From Phoronis australis (lineage: Eukaryota > Animalia > Phoronida): a stretch of DNA of 64,000 nt. Numbering within the stretch: position 1 is the first letter of the stretch; every line of letters begins with the position of its first letter. Position numbers and translations under genes: made by a program. Location: the NCBI GenBank assembly GCA_002633005.1, contig NMRA01000038.1, positions 35,443 through 99,442 of the forward strand, in the 5' to 3' direction. This document shows, piece after piece, positions 49,777 through 62,482 of the stretch. The notes under the pieces were generated by a model. That model was not told where the DNA came from, searched no databases, and was given only the letters and a program-made list of their open reading frames with translations.

Positions 49777-52011
49777 GTTTGCTACATTCCTCCCGGTTAC
49801 GCGCCTCATTTTAGTCAGTTGCGTTTTCAATTAATTAATCGCCGACTTTTTTCTTAGACAACGGTGATTATTGATTGTAAAAATGTTTTGTCTAATAAAT
49901 GAAATTTAAAGTTAATTTAGTAAAAGGTTAACTTTTAGCGGCGAGGTGATTCATGGCATTTCCCGGTTGTCTTCATAGCTGTGGTGGCTGAACGGTAAAG
50001 ATTAAGCACACGTGCGTGTTTTTATAATTCAGGTGAGGAGCGCGCTGTTTGTGTTGTTGAAAAATTAACGTGTGTGTTTGTTTTTATTTTTCTTTTTGTT
50101 TAGCTTTAAATCTTAACATTTTAACGGCCGACAACGGGTGACAAGGCCGGTGTCTGTTTTCTGCCAAGCGAACTAAGTCTTGTAAATCGCACTGTCAGTT
50201 GCCGCGGCAATTACAGGCACCTTCTGCATTTTGATTCCAATTTCACGTTGGAGCAGTGAAGAAAGTACATTTAATGACCTTAAAAATTTTCCCCAATGGT
50301 ATTACCGGATTGTGTTCTTCAGTTGGAATTCGCAGTACCTTCGCGATGAGTCATGGCAGTGAGTGCTAGCAGTGGGGAGTGTGACGTTTTTACCACTTCA
50401 ACTGACAATTATGTTAAATACTCTTCATAGTCAAACAGAGGGCTAAACATTTGGACAATAGGCAACCAAATGTGTTTAAGAAGATCAAACATTGAATAAA
50501 AAATCTCCTGTGCTCATAATCAAACAATGGCGTTACGTTCAGAACGACTCTTTCCTGTTTCTCATCCGTCCTTCGTATTTTGGGTCTGTCTTTCCCGTCA
50601 GCAGATCCGACGTTCCAAAATCGTCGTTCCTACCGGCAGTCCGAACTTCAAATTGTAACACACATGAAAACTTCATTCATGAAGCCCATACCCCATTCCC
50701 AGATACCACGGTGAGAACTGTATTCTGTTACGTGTAATCCAGATGGCAAAATATCCAAGTTTACATGACTTCGAACTCCATATCTCATTAATAGCTGATC
50801 GAATTCAAGGTGCAGCGTTCTTCTTAGGATTGCTGTTTTTTTCAAAATATTCCAGTATTGCGTGATGGGCTATTAAATGTCTGTTTTTAGCAAATGATAT
50901 AAATAAATAAAAGTTTCATAAAGCACAAAGGAAATGATTGGCCGCTAGAAAAGTCTAACAGCATATAACAATACTTTATGTCAAAAGAATTGTTACCGTT
51001 TCTTTTGGTTTAATGTAGATAAAAAATGGTCACGCGACCTGACATGTCAGAATGATACACCGTCAATATGGCAAACTTGCTGAAGTTGTACTTTTACTGA
51101 TTTCACTAATATTGTATTGTACGTAAACTGCTCAAAAAGTAGGTGTACCATTCGTTTTTTGCTCATAATTTTCTAGAAGTTGAGCAACTGGTCAAATGTC
51201 ATATATGCAGAAGCTCAATAGGAAAGTCCATGTATATCGTAGGGGGTGTTTGTCCTTTGGTAAAATACTCGGTTTGAACAAAAAACACTAGTCACGAAAT
51301 GGATGATTTAAGTGGTGGTATGCTGTTTCAGAGGGTTGATTTTAGTTTTGAATATTATTGGTGCATTTAATTTCCAATGACGACAATCACAAATTCAAAT
51401 CTCACAGACGTGTCGCGAGGTTTTCGTTGCCCTGGTAGCAACTAGCTTTGTATGCGGCTAAATATTTATGGGCTTGGGACGCTTGTCAAAAACTAGTGGC
51501 TTATTGAAATGTCTTGTACTTTCTGACGCGCTGGGTGAGAGACTAAACTATTGTATCACGGTGTGCATGGGTTTGAAACGCCATCGTCTTGCGTCTTTAG
51601 TAACCTGGTCCAGTGCTGAGTAAATAGTATGTAGAGGACTGTTTAGAACATTTTCATTGGATCACATCACACAGCTACAGAAATGTATTTCAGAATCTTG
51701 CTCAAATAACTTAAGTTTATTCCACTGAAAGGGGACCTAAACAGGCCTCGGAACATGTTAAATGTGAGTCAGGTTTCTGAACTCGGAAACCCACATTGTT
51801 AAATCAGTCATTTTTACTCGTTTTCTGGTTAACGAATTTCCACGAAACCGTGTTCTCTCAACGTATGTCTAAAATGTCACAATTCAAGTTTTCAGGGAAT
51901 TTCCTACTGAACGCATGCATTACGCATGAATTGTCTCCATGTTCTCGATTTCCTAGAAGTTAGGTGCGAAAAATAAAATAGTGTGTTTACTTGTCTGCTA
52001 AATACACGGAC

Positions 52012-52191
52012 TTGTCGTTGAGGTTAGAATTTAACGCAAACACATTTTAGGATTTCTAAAGCACTTCCATTGTCGTTGAGGTTAGAATTTAACGCAAACA
52101 CATTTTAGGATTTCTAAAGCACTTCCATTGTCGTTGAGGTTAGAATTTAACGCAAACACATTTTAGGATTTCTAAAGCACTTCCATTGTCG
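52012..52191. repeat. Perfect 58-bp tandem repeat x3.1
   Basis: Unit TTGTCGTTGAGGTTAGAATTTAACGCAAACACATTTTAGGATTTCTAAAGCACTTCCA, starting at 52012, 52070 and 52128. No spacers. Confidence 0.95.
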
Positions 52192-54639
52192 ATCCACATT
52201 TAGCATGTCAACAATATCGTTAAATAGAGTGTTTAGGAACATAAATGGGACGGTTAGAAACATTTAACGCGTTTATCCTTTCCGGAAGGTGTTTAACAAT
52301 ATATAAAATGACTTAAATATTATCGATTTTGTATAAAATCGTGAGCAAATAGAGATGGATATATCAATTCAAACGTTTATAAAAGTGGTCGCTTTAAGCG
52401 TTGAATAAATCCAGTTTTTGACAAATTCTGGATCACCTGACAGCATGTCTGTGAGTATCAAGATCAAAGCGGTGGATCACCTCGCTACATGTATTGTGCC
52501 CCTTTTAGTGAGTGGACATGCTGCTGAAAATCACTTCATAATGACCAGAGCCTTTTACTGGCTCGCCTGGCTTGAGATTGTGTATGTCCTTGTCGACACG
52601 CCTGCGTCACTAGCCATTTATCTAACAGTGTACAAAACTACAGATTTTTAATTCGGTAAAAGTGTATTATTTATGTATATTTAGTTGAAAGTCTGTAGAA
52701 TTTATTTTTACTTTATACCAATATGCCATTAAATGAGTTACGTGGACTTGTACTTTTCTGTAAAGTTTAGCGACAAAAGGTACAAGCACGTGCAAACAGC
52801 TGTATCCAAAATATGGGAAGGTTCCAAGTAAAATCTCAGACTTGATAAATTATCGTTTTGCTTTTGTTTTATGTAAGTTTTTGGGGTTTTTTTTTGCTTA
52901 AAAATCGTGAAAATTCTATTCTAATAACCCCTCATGCAAAAGTGAAACTTTTTAAAACGAGGAAGTTAAAAAGAAGAATGGCACTAGGGTGCATCGTGAA
53001 ACGTGTTTGGAAGGTTTGGCAAAATTCGTTGTTTTTGTGTTTGTTTTCTACTTCATGCTTCTAACTTGTCCAAAACATTTCTGAGAACAGTGCATAAAGC
53101 ACGGAATCTCAAAGTTTCGCATGTTGAGATATGTTCTGAACTTACAGCTAAATCTGGATTTTTTTCTAGGGCCGTACATAACTGGCGTTAATATTCACGG
53201 TTTTATCCTTAGGATACTTCATATATACATGTACATGTATATATCGTTTCCAACTATGCCCTTACACATGAGGCACAAACAAAAAGTCAAAAACAGCATT
53301 CCGTGTACTTGGGGGAGGACACGCTAACAAAATAAGTCATGGATCCATCCACGAGACACTGCCGGTATCCTTATTTCAACCGAGGACTTTAAAACATGAT
53401 GACAATCCTAAAACTACTAAAGCCTCCGCTTGTTGAGTTATACTTTTGATCTTTTCCTGGATATCGTTTTATAATTATCAATTCGATCAATTTATGCTAT
53501 GCACGTGTTTGACTGTCAAACAATTTTCTGCCGTACACTGTTTAAGCGTTCCACTTACCTCAGCATTTTTAATCGATGATACCAGTTGAGATCATTTCCC
53601 ATTGATAGAATGTTCCAATCGCATAAGTTTAAACTGACGGTCCTCATAATGGTGACTGAGTAATTTGCTACCTGTTTAACTTAAATACTATTTCCCAACA
53701 GGTAAAACACCAATTGATCACCGCGCATCAGTCATCGCTGAATCCGGGTCTTAAAGCCACGCTTAAAAATAGACCGCCGGATGTGAGAGTGCGCGAGGCA
53801 TGTTCAGGTTGCATTAAACCTGGGTCTACATTACGGTGTTACATGTAACCCATGTGTCTGAATTTTGTTAAAAGTGACTGGTGGTTAACACCCATGCACG
53901 CTGTCGGTCAGGGATTTTGATTTTGTGAGATTCATTTGAAATATTTCCAAAGTGCATGTACTTGTGTCATCAGAAACCATACAATCAAATGCACAAATCA
54001 TCGGCTCCTGTGCTACATGTGTGCCGAAAGAAAAAATGACAAGATATATTTTCAAAAGGTTTTATACATTATCTCTGTTGCTAAAGCTACAGACATTATA
54101 AAATTAGTAGCATCACCAATGCACAAATGTAAAGAAATATCTCAATTGTTCACTGGCATTGTGATGTAGAAAATAAACAAACTTAGATGTTCAAATCTAT
54201 ACTGTGCTTCTGGGCACTTTGAGCGTAATCAGAAAAATATAAAACATGTCGTTACTTAATTAAGCCGTAATCTTATTGACTTATAATAAGCATATAAGCT
54301 TTTACGTGAGTGAAACTCGTATCAATCTTCATTACTACAAACAAAACGATGAATACACTTAATTACCAGAGATCGGTTAATCCGCGGCATATACCTGGCG
54401 CCGTCGTGGGAAGGTAGCTATTATTCTTTGCCGACAGCTCCCCGTCTCCTTGCGCCTCAAGGAAATTCCAGTCCATGTTTTACTTTGAAGTAGTTATTGG
54501 GATGCTTTTAAATATTGGATTTCTTGTCTATTTGACTCTTTAAACTAATGTGAAATGACTGCAAATTTAAATTACGCAACCACAACGTGGTGTAAACATT
54601 TGCACTTTTACCATCTTCTGCCCTCCTACCATTCATGCT

Positions 54640-54835
54640 TCCCTCAACCCCTGCCTCCACCCTCCTCTCCTTCCCTCCCTGCCTCCCTCCTTCCCTGCCT
54701 CNNNNNNNNNNNNNNNNNNNNNNNNNNNNNNNNNNNNNNNNNNNNNNNNNNNNNNNNNNNNNNNNNNNNNNNNNNNNNNNNNNNNNNNNNNNNNNNNNNC
54801 TCTCCCTCCATCCCACTCCCTCCCTGCGTTCCCCC
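54640..54835. repeat. (TCCC)-like polypyrimidine microsatellite containing an assembly gap (N 54702-54799)
   Basis: CCTC/CCTG/CCTT repeats flank a run of N. Confidence 0.9.
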
Positions 54836-57800
54836 TGTTCATCTCATTCTTTACAACATTTTTGTGCACCTTCAAAGAACCATGAAATCTAGATATTTTA
54901 CAAAGCATAATGCATATCACCAATTACGAACGATTATTACAAAATTAAAATTTTTCTATATGTAGGTAATCTTTGTTTGACTAATTATTGGAAATTGGCT
55001 TATCATATAACGTTACCTTTGCGTGTATATCACCCATTGTTTACGAGTCCTGCAGCGTTTAAAGTCTACACCAGCTTTCCGTTGACTGTGCAACGACTTC
55101 CTGATTTGCATAAATGAAATTTCGTCATCAAGTGGGCTTGTGTTAAAGATTTCGTTGTTATTAAAATAAATATCAATTTCCCATAGTATGCACGCCCCGC
55201 TATTTTTAGAGACGATTCCACTACGAGAGCGGCCTGCCATGATGCATGTAAAAGCGCTAAGATTTTGTTATTTTGCAATTCAAATTTTCATAACACATTT
55301 GGAACGTCTGCTGTGGAATACGACTCAGTCATTCATTTGACACAATCGAACTTATCGTTTTAGTCGTGTATGAATCCCCATGCACCTGTATATCAAATAC
55401 CTCGCACTCTGGTGGAACACAATAGTTCTTTTTTGAACCACGGTTAAATTTGCATCACCCCCCTCCCGATCCCCCGAGTTTCATTGGCAGCTGCTGATTG
55501 GCTAGGCATTTTAGGTTTTGTGGTACATGAGAAGGCTGTGGATGGGATTTGTTTGATGTTTGAGTCTGCTCTCGGTGAAAGATTGCCAGTTGTTGACCCT
55601 TGGTCCACTTTTTGCCCAGTGACTCGTGGCTTTTCTGAGTGTCACCTCGTGTGTTTTGCGTGTATCTGCGCGTGTGTTCAAACTCTTAGCTAATTAGCTA
55701 TAGGCGGCTGTGAATGGCTTAACAAGAAATGAGTGTTGAACTTGGACAGAAGTGACAGTTTGCTGCTTCTTGAGACCATTATGGCTGTATACACAAAAAT
55801 GCCATGATAAACTATTGCATTGAGCCTTATCGCGCATGCGTTAACGAAATGTCAGTTCGCCCCAAGCCCAAAATCACGTCGAATCTAAGTGAAGAACCTG
55901 TCGGAGCCAGTTGCAGTGCCGTAAGTGATCTATGGTCAAAGTATGATAATTAGATACATCTTCATAATTATCAATTTTTAAAATCGCCACGTGCTAAAGT
56001 AGTCAAATGGGTAGAATTTACTGCACTAAGCAGGGTTTTCTTGAACATCTGTCTGTATACTTGTTCCAAAAAATAAAGAGAACTCTGTCGCGGACGGAGT
56101 TTAATTATCCCATTTACAACACACAAAATTCCTACATGAAGTTTCAATTTAAAAGTGATGTTGATGCAGTAATGATATCTCCCAAACACTAAAGAAAAAT
56201 GCGGTGAATTCCATTATCTCAAGTACCATTTCTCTAATTACCGAGTCACTTTGTTCGTCCGTGACCTTTTATGTATCAACCTCCTTACTGTCTAATAACA
56301 GCATCATAGAAATAATGATATATTAAAGATTGAAAATAATCGAATTGCCATTATTTGAATTAAAGTACTATATGGTCATGTCGCCCACGGAAGTTTTTGT
56401 CACAGACGTATTTTCGGCAAGTACATTTGAACATAAATTATTTAAATAAAGCCTTTATTTCTTCAATTCACGTAAACTATGCATCATAAATATGAATGAT
56501 ATCAGGAAAGCATTACCTGATAATACGCAATAAAATTAAAAAGGTAATTTGCTTAACAATAAATTACTTTTACCTGATTCTAAAAATTCATTTTTCCATT
56601 TGCAACATGGAGATAGGAAATAGAGTTTAATTATGTTTCACTGCAAGATGATTCTGAGAACAGTGGATGAAACATTAGATTAATCACCAACATTCTTAAA
56701 ATAAAAAATAATTACGAAAATGCTACCCACACAAAGGTGAAAAAGTGGAAATTCTGCATGGTTCAAATAGATAGAAGTCTGGATATTTTAATACTTGTTC
56801 TGTGCAAGAAACAGTATACAGGTGTTAAACTTCGAAGTAATTTTTTATTAGTTGTTTAACTTAATTTAAATAACCATCAACGTATCAACATCTAAGTTGG
56901 TGCAGGGTAAAACTGCAACATGAAGGGTAAAATGCTTACTAGCTCCAACTTGTCATACTGGGTTTATCTTTCGGAACATAATCGGCAAGAAAGGGATTTT
57001 GTGAAATCGAACGTGGAATCCCCACTGTGGCAAGCAAACGCTGCGGGCAGAGCTCAGTCCCACTGAATAGAAAGCCGGAACTAACAAAGTCATCGGCCTT
57101 GATGTCCGCGAATATCTGGTGGTGACAATGGGTGGTTTTTAATGCAATCAAAAAGTGAACGAACTCTGTGTTTTAATCGTAAAACCGTTAATACCTCTTG
57201 AAGGCATAGTTTTGGAAACTGGTCTACATTCAAAGCTGGCTCGGAACATGCAGATGTCAAAACTTATTTTAGTCAGAAATTTTGCTTAAAATGTATCTGG
57301 ACAAGTTTTGCATCCGAGATAACATCGTGACAGCGCAAGATTACTTAAGACTTCGCAAAGCGTATCAAGCGAAGCACGGGATCACGCAATCTTCGTTCAC
57401 GAGATTAACGAGTAAACAGAAGTCAATTACCCAGATTTATCGAAACCATTTCATACATGAACGATCGACCGGATGATTAATTCAATTAATTGGTGGCTTG
57501 GTGCTGATCTGTATTTTTTGAAGATAGAGTCGTTGGTGCGACATGTTTCCCTCGTTTTTGTGTATTTTACGGATTTTCATTTATTACCACCAATTTTCTA
57601 TATATCCCCGTCATTCGTAATGTCGCTATGGCTAATTTACTTTGATGCGTTCTTGGTTTCGGTTTCGGTCCCTCATTGGAGGCAGACAGATTCTGTTGAT
57701 TTTGCGGTACTGTGTCATATAAATGAAAGTTGATTAAGTTTCATTTGATATTATTCCACAATATTAGCGTCAAATAGCAACTGTAAGCGTGTACTAACCC

Positions 57801-57844
57801 ATTTAGTTATCTAACTAGAGAAATAACATTTTGGCGGGAAACCG

Positions 57845-57904
57845 AGGCCGGTTTCGAACCCGGGCCTCAGGAGTTACGACTCACCGACTTTGCCACTACA
57901 CTAC
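57845..57904 (-). mobile_element. tRNA-derived head (SINE-like or tRNA pseudogene)
   Basis: A-box-like GTAGTGTAGTGG (57904-57893) and B-box GGTTCGAAA (57860-57852) at tRNA spacing. No intact cloverleaf seen. Confidence 0.55.
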
Positions 57905-58458
57905 TCAGCAGCTGACGTCATCGAACGTGAAAATAGAAATTCTATTTAATACTTAAATGAGCACGCGCAACAATCGCATGTTCAGCAAAGGGCACTGCAC
58001 CGACATTTATACACTATGAAAAATAAGACTCATAATTTCCATAAAAACGATATTTTAATTCAGTGAATTTTTTCTCTCTTGTTCTCTCACTTGTAAATCA
58101 CCGATCTCCAGTTTGAAGGCGGGTATCGTGTCGTCGGGATCCTTTGACTTGAGCATTATAGTGAGTTACTGGTGGTAATCTACTTTAGCAGACGATATTT
58201 TCCCGGTCGAAGCTTAGCGTGATAAAATGTGTAGTACGCTATGATAGTTGCTAAACCTTAATTTATAGATTCACTTTATTTCTGTGTTGTTTAAATTTTC
58301 AATCGGTTTTGAGTAAAAGCATTATTTGACAAAAATAGCTCGGCTTTTCTTAAAAGGTCACGACTTCCGACCCCGGGCCTGTGACATAGAAAGTAGTTAC
58401 AAAGCCGAGGCGAGTCGAGAAATGTAGATCGATTTATTGCAATGTTTCTCGTTCAGTA

Positions 58459-59700
58459 CAGTGGCGGATCTAGGATATCACAAGGGGGCCCAACATTTTG
58501 TCCAGATGTAAGCATTTGCGCAAACTAAACCACGATTGTACATGCGCATAGCACCGAATGGGGGGGAGGTCGGGAGGGGGTTTGCCCGCTTCCCGCCCAG
58601 GAAATTTTTCTGTTTTTACCTCTAAAAATCAAGCATTTTCATTGATTCCTGAAGTATTATCCAAGAAAAAAGGCAAAAAAAAAACAAGAGAACGTGTCAA
58701 ACAGGAAAACCGCAAGTACCAATGATTCGAACTCACGACCTGGCGGTTAAAGCGCGCGCGCGTTACCACTACACCACCACGATATAACTAGTAATGTTCT
58801 ACTAAGAGACCTACTTGTTTATGGTCCACAGCGTTTGCGCGCGAAACCTACTTCTTTTTGTAATGCTTATTACACGTTTTATATTTTGTGCCATCAATTC
58901 TTAACAAATTTGTCGTATTTAAAATAGTCTTCAAATGCCCAAAAGACCAAATCTGTTTTTCGTGTTGGCAATAATGACGAGATTGCTTTGGAAACCGTCT
59001 TAAGATAAGGTTTGACAAAGAGAATATTGCGAGTTTCTGAGTGATTCACTAAGGCTTCGATTAAAATTCACATCTTACCAGCAGCTTCTGTTTTTTCATC
59101 ATCACTCAGGTTCCATTTTCTTTAAAAAATGAAGTAAATTTTCGTCATTGCACAGTGGAGCAGACGACGGAAACGGAGTCGTAGTGTGCAGCGCCACTGC
59201 CGGTCGCCTGGGATATCGCGGGAGAGCCTATACATGTACTTAGCCATAGTTCCGTTACGAATGCGCCGTGTTCCGAATTTGACANNNNNNNNNNNNNNNN
59301 NNNNNNNNNNNNNNNNNNNNNNNNNNNNNNNNNNNNNNNNNNNNNNNNNNNNNNNNNNNNNNNNNNNNNNNNNNNNNNNNNNNNNNNNNNNNNNNNNNNN
59401 NNNNNNNNNNNNNNNNNNNNNNNNNNNNNNNNNNNNNNNNNNNNNNNNNNNNNNNNNNNNNNNNNNNNNNNNNNNNNNNNNNNNNNNNNNNNNNNNNNNN
59501 NNNNNNNNNNNNNNNNNNNNNNNNNNNNNNNNNNNNNNNNNNNNNNNNNNNNNNNNNNNNNNNNNNNNNNNNNNNNNNNNNNNNNNNNNNNNNNNNNNNN
59601 NNNNNNNNNNNNNNNNNNNNNNNNNNNNNNNNNNNNNNNNNNNNNNNNNNNNNNNNGGGGGGGGGGCGGGCCCCCTGGGGCCCCCCTAAATCCGCCTATG
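58459..59700. mobile_element. Non-autonomous DNA element (CAGTGGCGGAT family) spanning an assembly gap (N 59285-59656)
   Basis: CAGTGGCGGATCTAG...CTAAATCCGCCTATG, flanks CAGTA and TAGTA. Collinear with 61692-62482. Confidence 0.7.
58715..58782 (-). other. tRNA-like Pol III A/B-box cassette inside the DNA element
   Basis: TGGTGTAGTGG (58776-58766) and GTTCGAATC (58732-58724) on the minus strand. Confidence 0.6.
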
Positions 59701-59715
59701 TAGTATGTGGTATAA

Positions 59716-59883
59716 ATAGATTATTACAAGTCATGTTCTCAGCCGTTATCCCCTTATTTAGAGCCCTTGTGGATTTTGTAGAATTATCACTCTCGTGGCT
59801 AACGCCTCTAGGGCGATAATTCTCCAAAATGCACTCGGGCTCTAGATAACGGGGGATAACGACTTCGCCATGTAATAATCTAT
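59716..59883. mobile_element. Palindromic MITE (ATAGATTATTACA TIR)
   Basis: ATAGATTATTACA and TGTAATAATCTAT termini with further internal symmetry. The right half recurs at ~62053-62129. Confidence 0.75.
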
Positions 59884-60187
59884 GTGTACCACTGTTATGT
59901 TTTACATCGTAAAACAATGAAAACAGAATGTTAGCGCAGTTACCACTGCAGTTTACAATGATCAGTTTCAACGGCTTTGTTTACAAGCTTTCGTGAACAG
60001 GCGAGTTTGACTGAGGAAGGAGTGACAATAAAAGCCGAAGGCAAAAATGTTCGTTTATTGTGACGAGAATTTTCAACTTTGATTACAAAATGTTCTCCAA
60101 TGCATTATCATGATTTAGATTTCAAAATCTATAGTAAAGGTAAATTCATGTAAGTTATTCGGCTTATTCTTGCTGACGGAGCTAAAT

Positions 60188-60333
60188 AAGTGGCGGATTT
60201 AGAGGGGCCCAAGGGGGCCATGCCCCCCACCTAAAATTTTCCCAGATTCCATGTGGTAGTTCGGGGATGTAAATGTCTGAGGGGCAAAATCCTGGCTAAT
60301 ACTCAGCCCTGGCCCCCACTAACTCCGCCCCTG
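60188..60333. mobile_element. Short MITE (CAGTGGCGGA-like TIR) with 5-bp TSD
   Basis: AAGTGGCGGATTTAG...CTAACTCCGCCCCTG, flanked by TAAAT on both sides. Confidence 0.75.
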
Positions 60334-61691
60334 TAAATGCCAATCGACACTGGTAAAGTTACCGCCCCCGGTTTCAGTGAATGTTTGGCAGACAACTTTG
60401 AGAACTGTCAATTTGTAATAACATTTCACAACCACAATGTATTTTGTTTTAAAGCTCTGGTTTACACTACATGTAATAACTTTAACGTGTCTGTCCTGAC
60501 CATTATGCAAATTGGGGTGTAAACCGATATTAAAAGACCATTACCGATGAAAAAATGATTCCCTGACGTCAGCCTCAACGCGGAAGCCAATATGCAACCC
60601 CGGCGGCCGCAGTCCAACGCTCCGCTGGTGGAGAGTATTGGTTAAAGGTAATACATGTAACTTTATGAAGCCTATGCCTTCCAACAATGACCAGGCAATT
60701 TGTTTTGCGACTGTAACACGGATATTGTCTCTTCATGGTTAGGTAGGACCATACAGAAATGTCCAAATTTGGCTTAATTGGAAATATCGTGTGTACCTCA
60801 GATATGGCTTACTTGGGAACATCGTATATACCTCAGATATGGCTTTTTGGATTCATATGGAATTTTCACATACTATGCTTTATGCACCGTTCTCAAACTT
60901 CTGGTAAGAATTGTTTTTCAGGTGTACCAGGTTTGCATGAGAGGCTATAAAAATAGAATTTTGATGATTTTCATCAACGAAATTTAAAGTTGCACAAAAT
61001 GAAAACGAAATGATATTTTGAAAAACTGTAACAGAGTTTTTGAGATTTCACCTTGCACATTTGTGTTAAATAAAAATTGATCACGATATTGCCATCGTTG
61101 TTTTGCAATCGATGCATTAGATTCTTGTTCTTAATGTTACAAAAAGAGATGATCACGTGACCCAATCAATGGCAGATTGGTAAAAAGTCAAAAATCAACT
61201 TCTACTGGCTTTCTACTTTCAGGCCAGTTTACCCAGTTAAAATTTATAGTTATGTAGGTATTTGGCAAAATACTACAGAGTTGTCAGTAAGGCATTCCAT
61301 AACCTTAACTTAGGGCAGACCAGTCTGATATTTCTGTTTTATTAGAGAAAACACAAATCCTGAGATACAGTCCCGTACGTAGTGGGCAAAAAGGTCCGCC
61401 ACAGAGAAAAAAACACTAGAAAAGGCGAGACAAAAATCCATTAAAAACGAAGGAACTACCAAAATTCGGCGAATGCACGATTCAGAGCTATGAACGTACA
61501 CGTGAATCTTAGTAAAAGTTCCACAATCACAAAAATTCCAGCCTCTCGTATTTCAGGCTGGATTCGCGCATGTACTGACTGTAAATATATGTAACTTAAG
61601 CACGAAGTCAGTTAGTTACATGTATTTAGTGTCGGAGTATTCATCAAATAGTATTTTAATAGTTGAAACTGGACAGTGACAGATCATGTCG

Positions 61692-62482
61692 CAATGGCGG
61701 ATCTAGAATATCATAAGAGGGGGGCAACATTTTGTCTCTTAGGCAATCGCGCAAAGCGGGATTGTAGAGGCGCGTAGCGCCGAATAGGTGGACGTAGGGA
61801 CGGAGGTTTCCCTCTTCAGCCCATGGAAAATTTTTGTTCTTACCTCTGAAAACAAGCATTTTCCTTGATATCTGAAGTACAACAAGCCCTCGACGGCTCC
61901 ACTTTGACCAGGTGATTTAAAATGGAAAATTCGTAGACTTGCGCGAATTTGAACTCCAGCAGAGCGCTCGTGCTCTTCCCTTCCATCACCACACTTCCAC
62001 CTACAATACAATACCGTGCTAATCGAGACATACTTGTTTATGGTGCGCAGCCCCTCGGGCGATTATTCTCCAAAATCCACTCGGGCTATATATAACGGGG
62101 GATAACGACTTTGCCATGTAATAATCTATATTTATTGCACAGTCGAGCAGACTATGGAATCCATGTGGTAGCGCGCAGAGCCACTACCGGTCGCATCTGA
62201 TATCACGCGCGAGTAGGCGGCAATATTTAGCCATAGTAACCGATTGTGCTGGTGTTCTGAATCGGACACTTCAAATCGGATCTGAGCCCCCCCCCCCACA
62301 CGCACACACAAACTAAAACTCTACACATCGTCAAATATTGTTTCAGTCGTGTCATGTTAATTATTTGGGTTAATAATTAAACTCAATATTTCCACCCGCT
62401 TTTGCTGCTAAAATGGTATTTGCTGCCGCCAAGGGGGCAGGGGAGGGATCGGACCCCCTGCGTCCCTCTAAATCCGCCTATG
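61692..62482. mobile_element. Second copy of the 58459-59700 element, with part of another MITE inside
   Basis: CAATGGCGGATCTAG...CTAAATCCGCCTATG. Shares internal blocks CAACATTTTGTC, AAGCATTTTC, TACTTGTTTATGGT and TAGCCATAGT. No TSD recognised. Confidence 0.7.

Noticed and set aside
52012-52191. CRISPR-like array
   Set aside because: Units are head-to-tail and identical with no spacers, there are no cas genes, and the context is eukaryotic.
54508-54965. ORFs with X runs (also 59186-59689)
   Set aside because: They are open only because they cross N gaps and low-complexity sequence.
56936-57118. Possible minus-strand exon (CAG...GTAAGC)
   Set aside because: The acceptor is weak, no protein similarity is recognisable in any frame, and no partner exons were found.
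57845-58782. Functional tRNA genes
   Set aside because: A and B boxes are present, but I could not form convincing acceptor and anticodon stems. Treated as tRNA-derived repeats.
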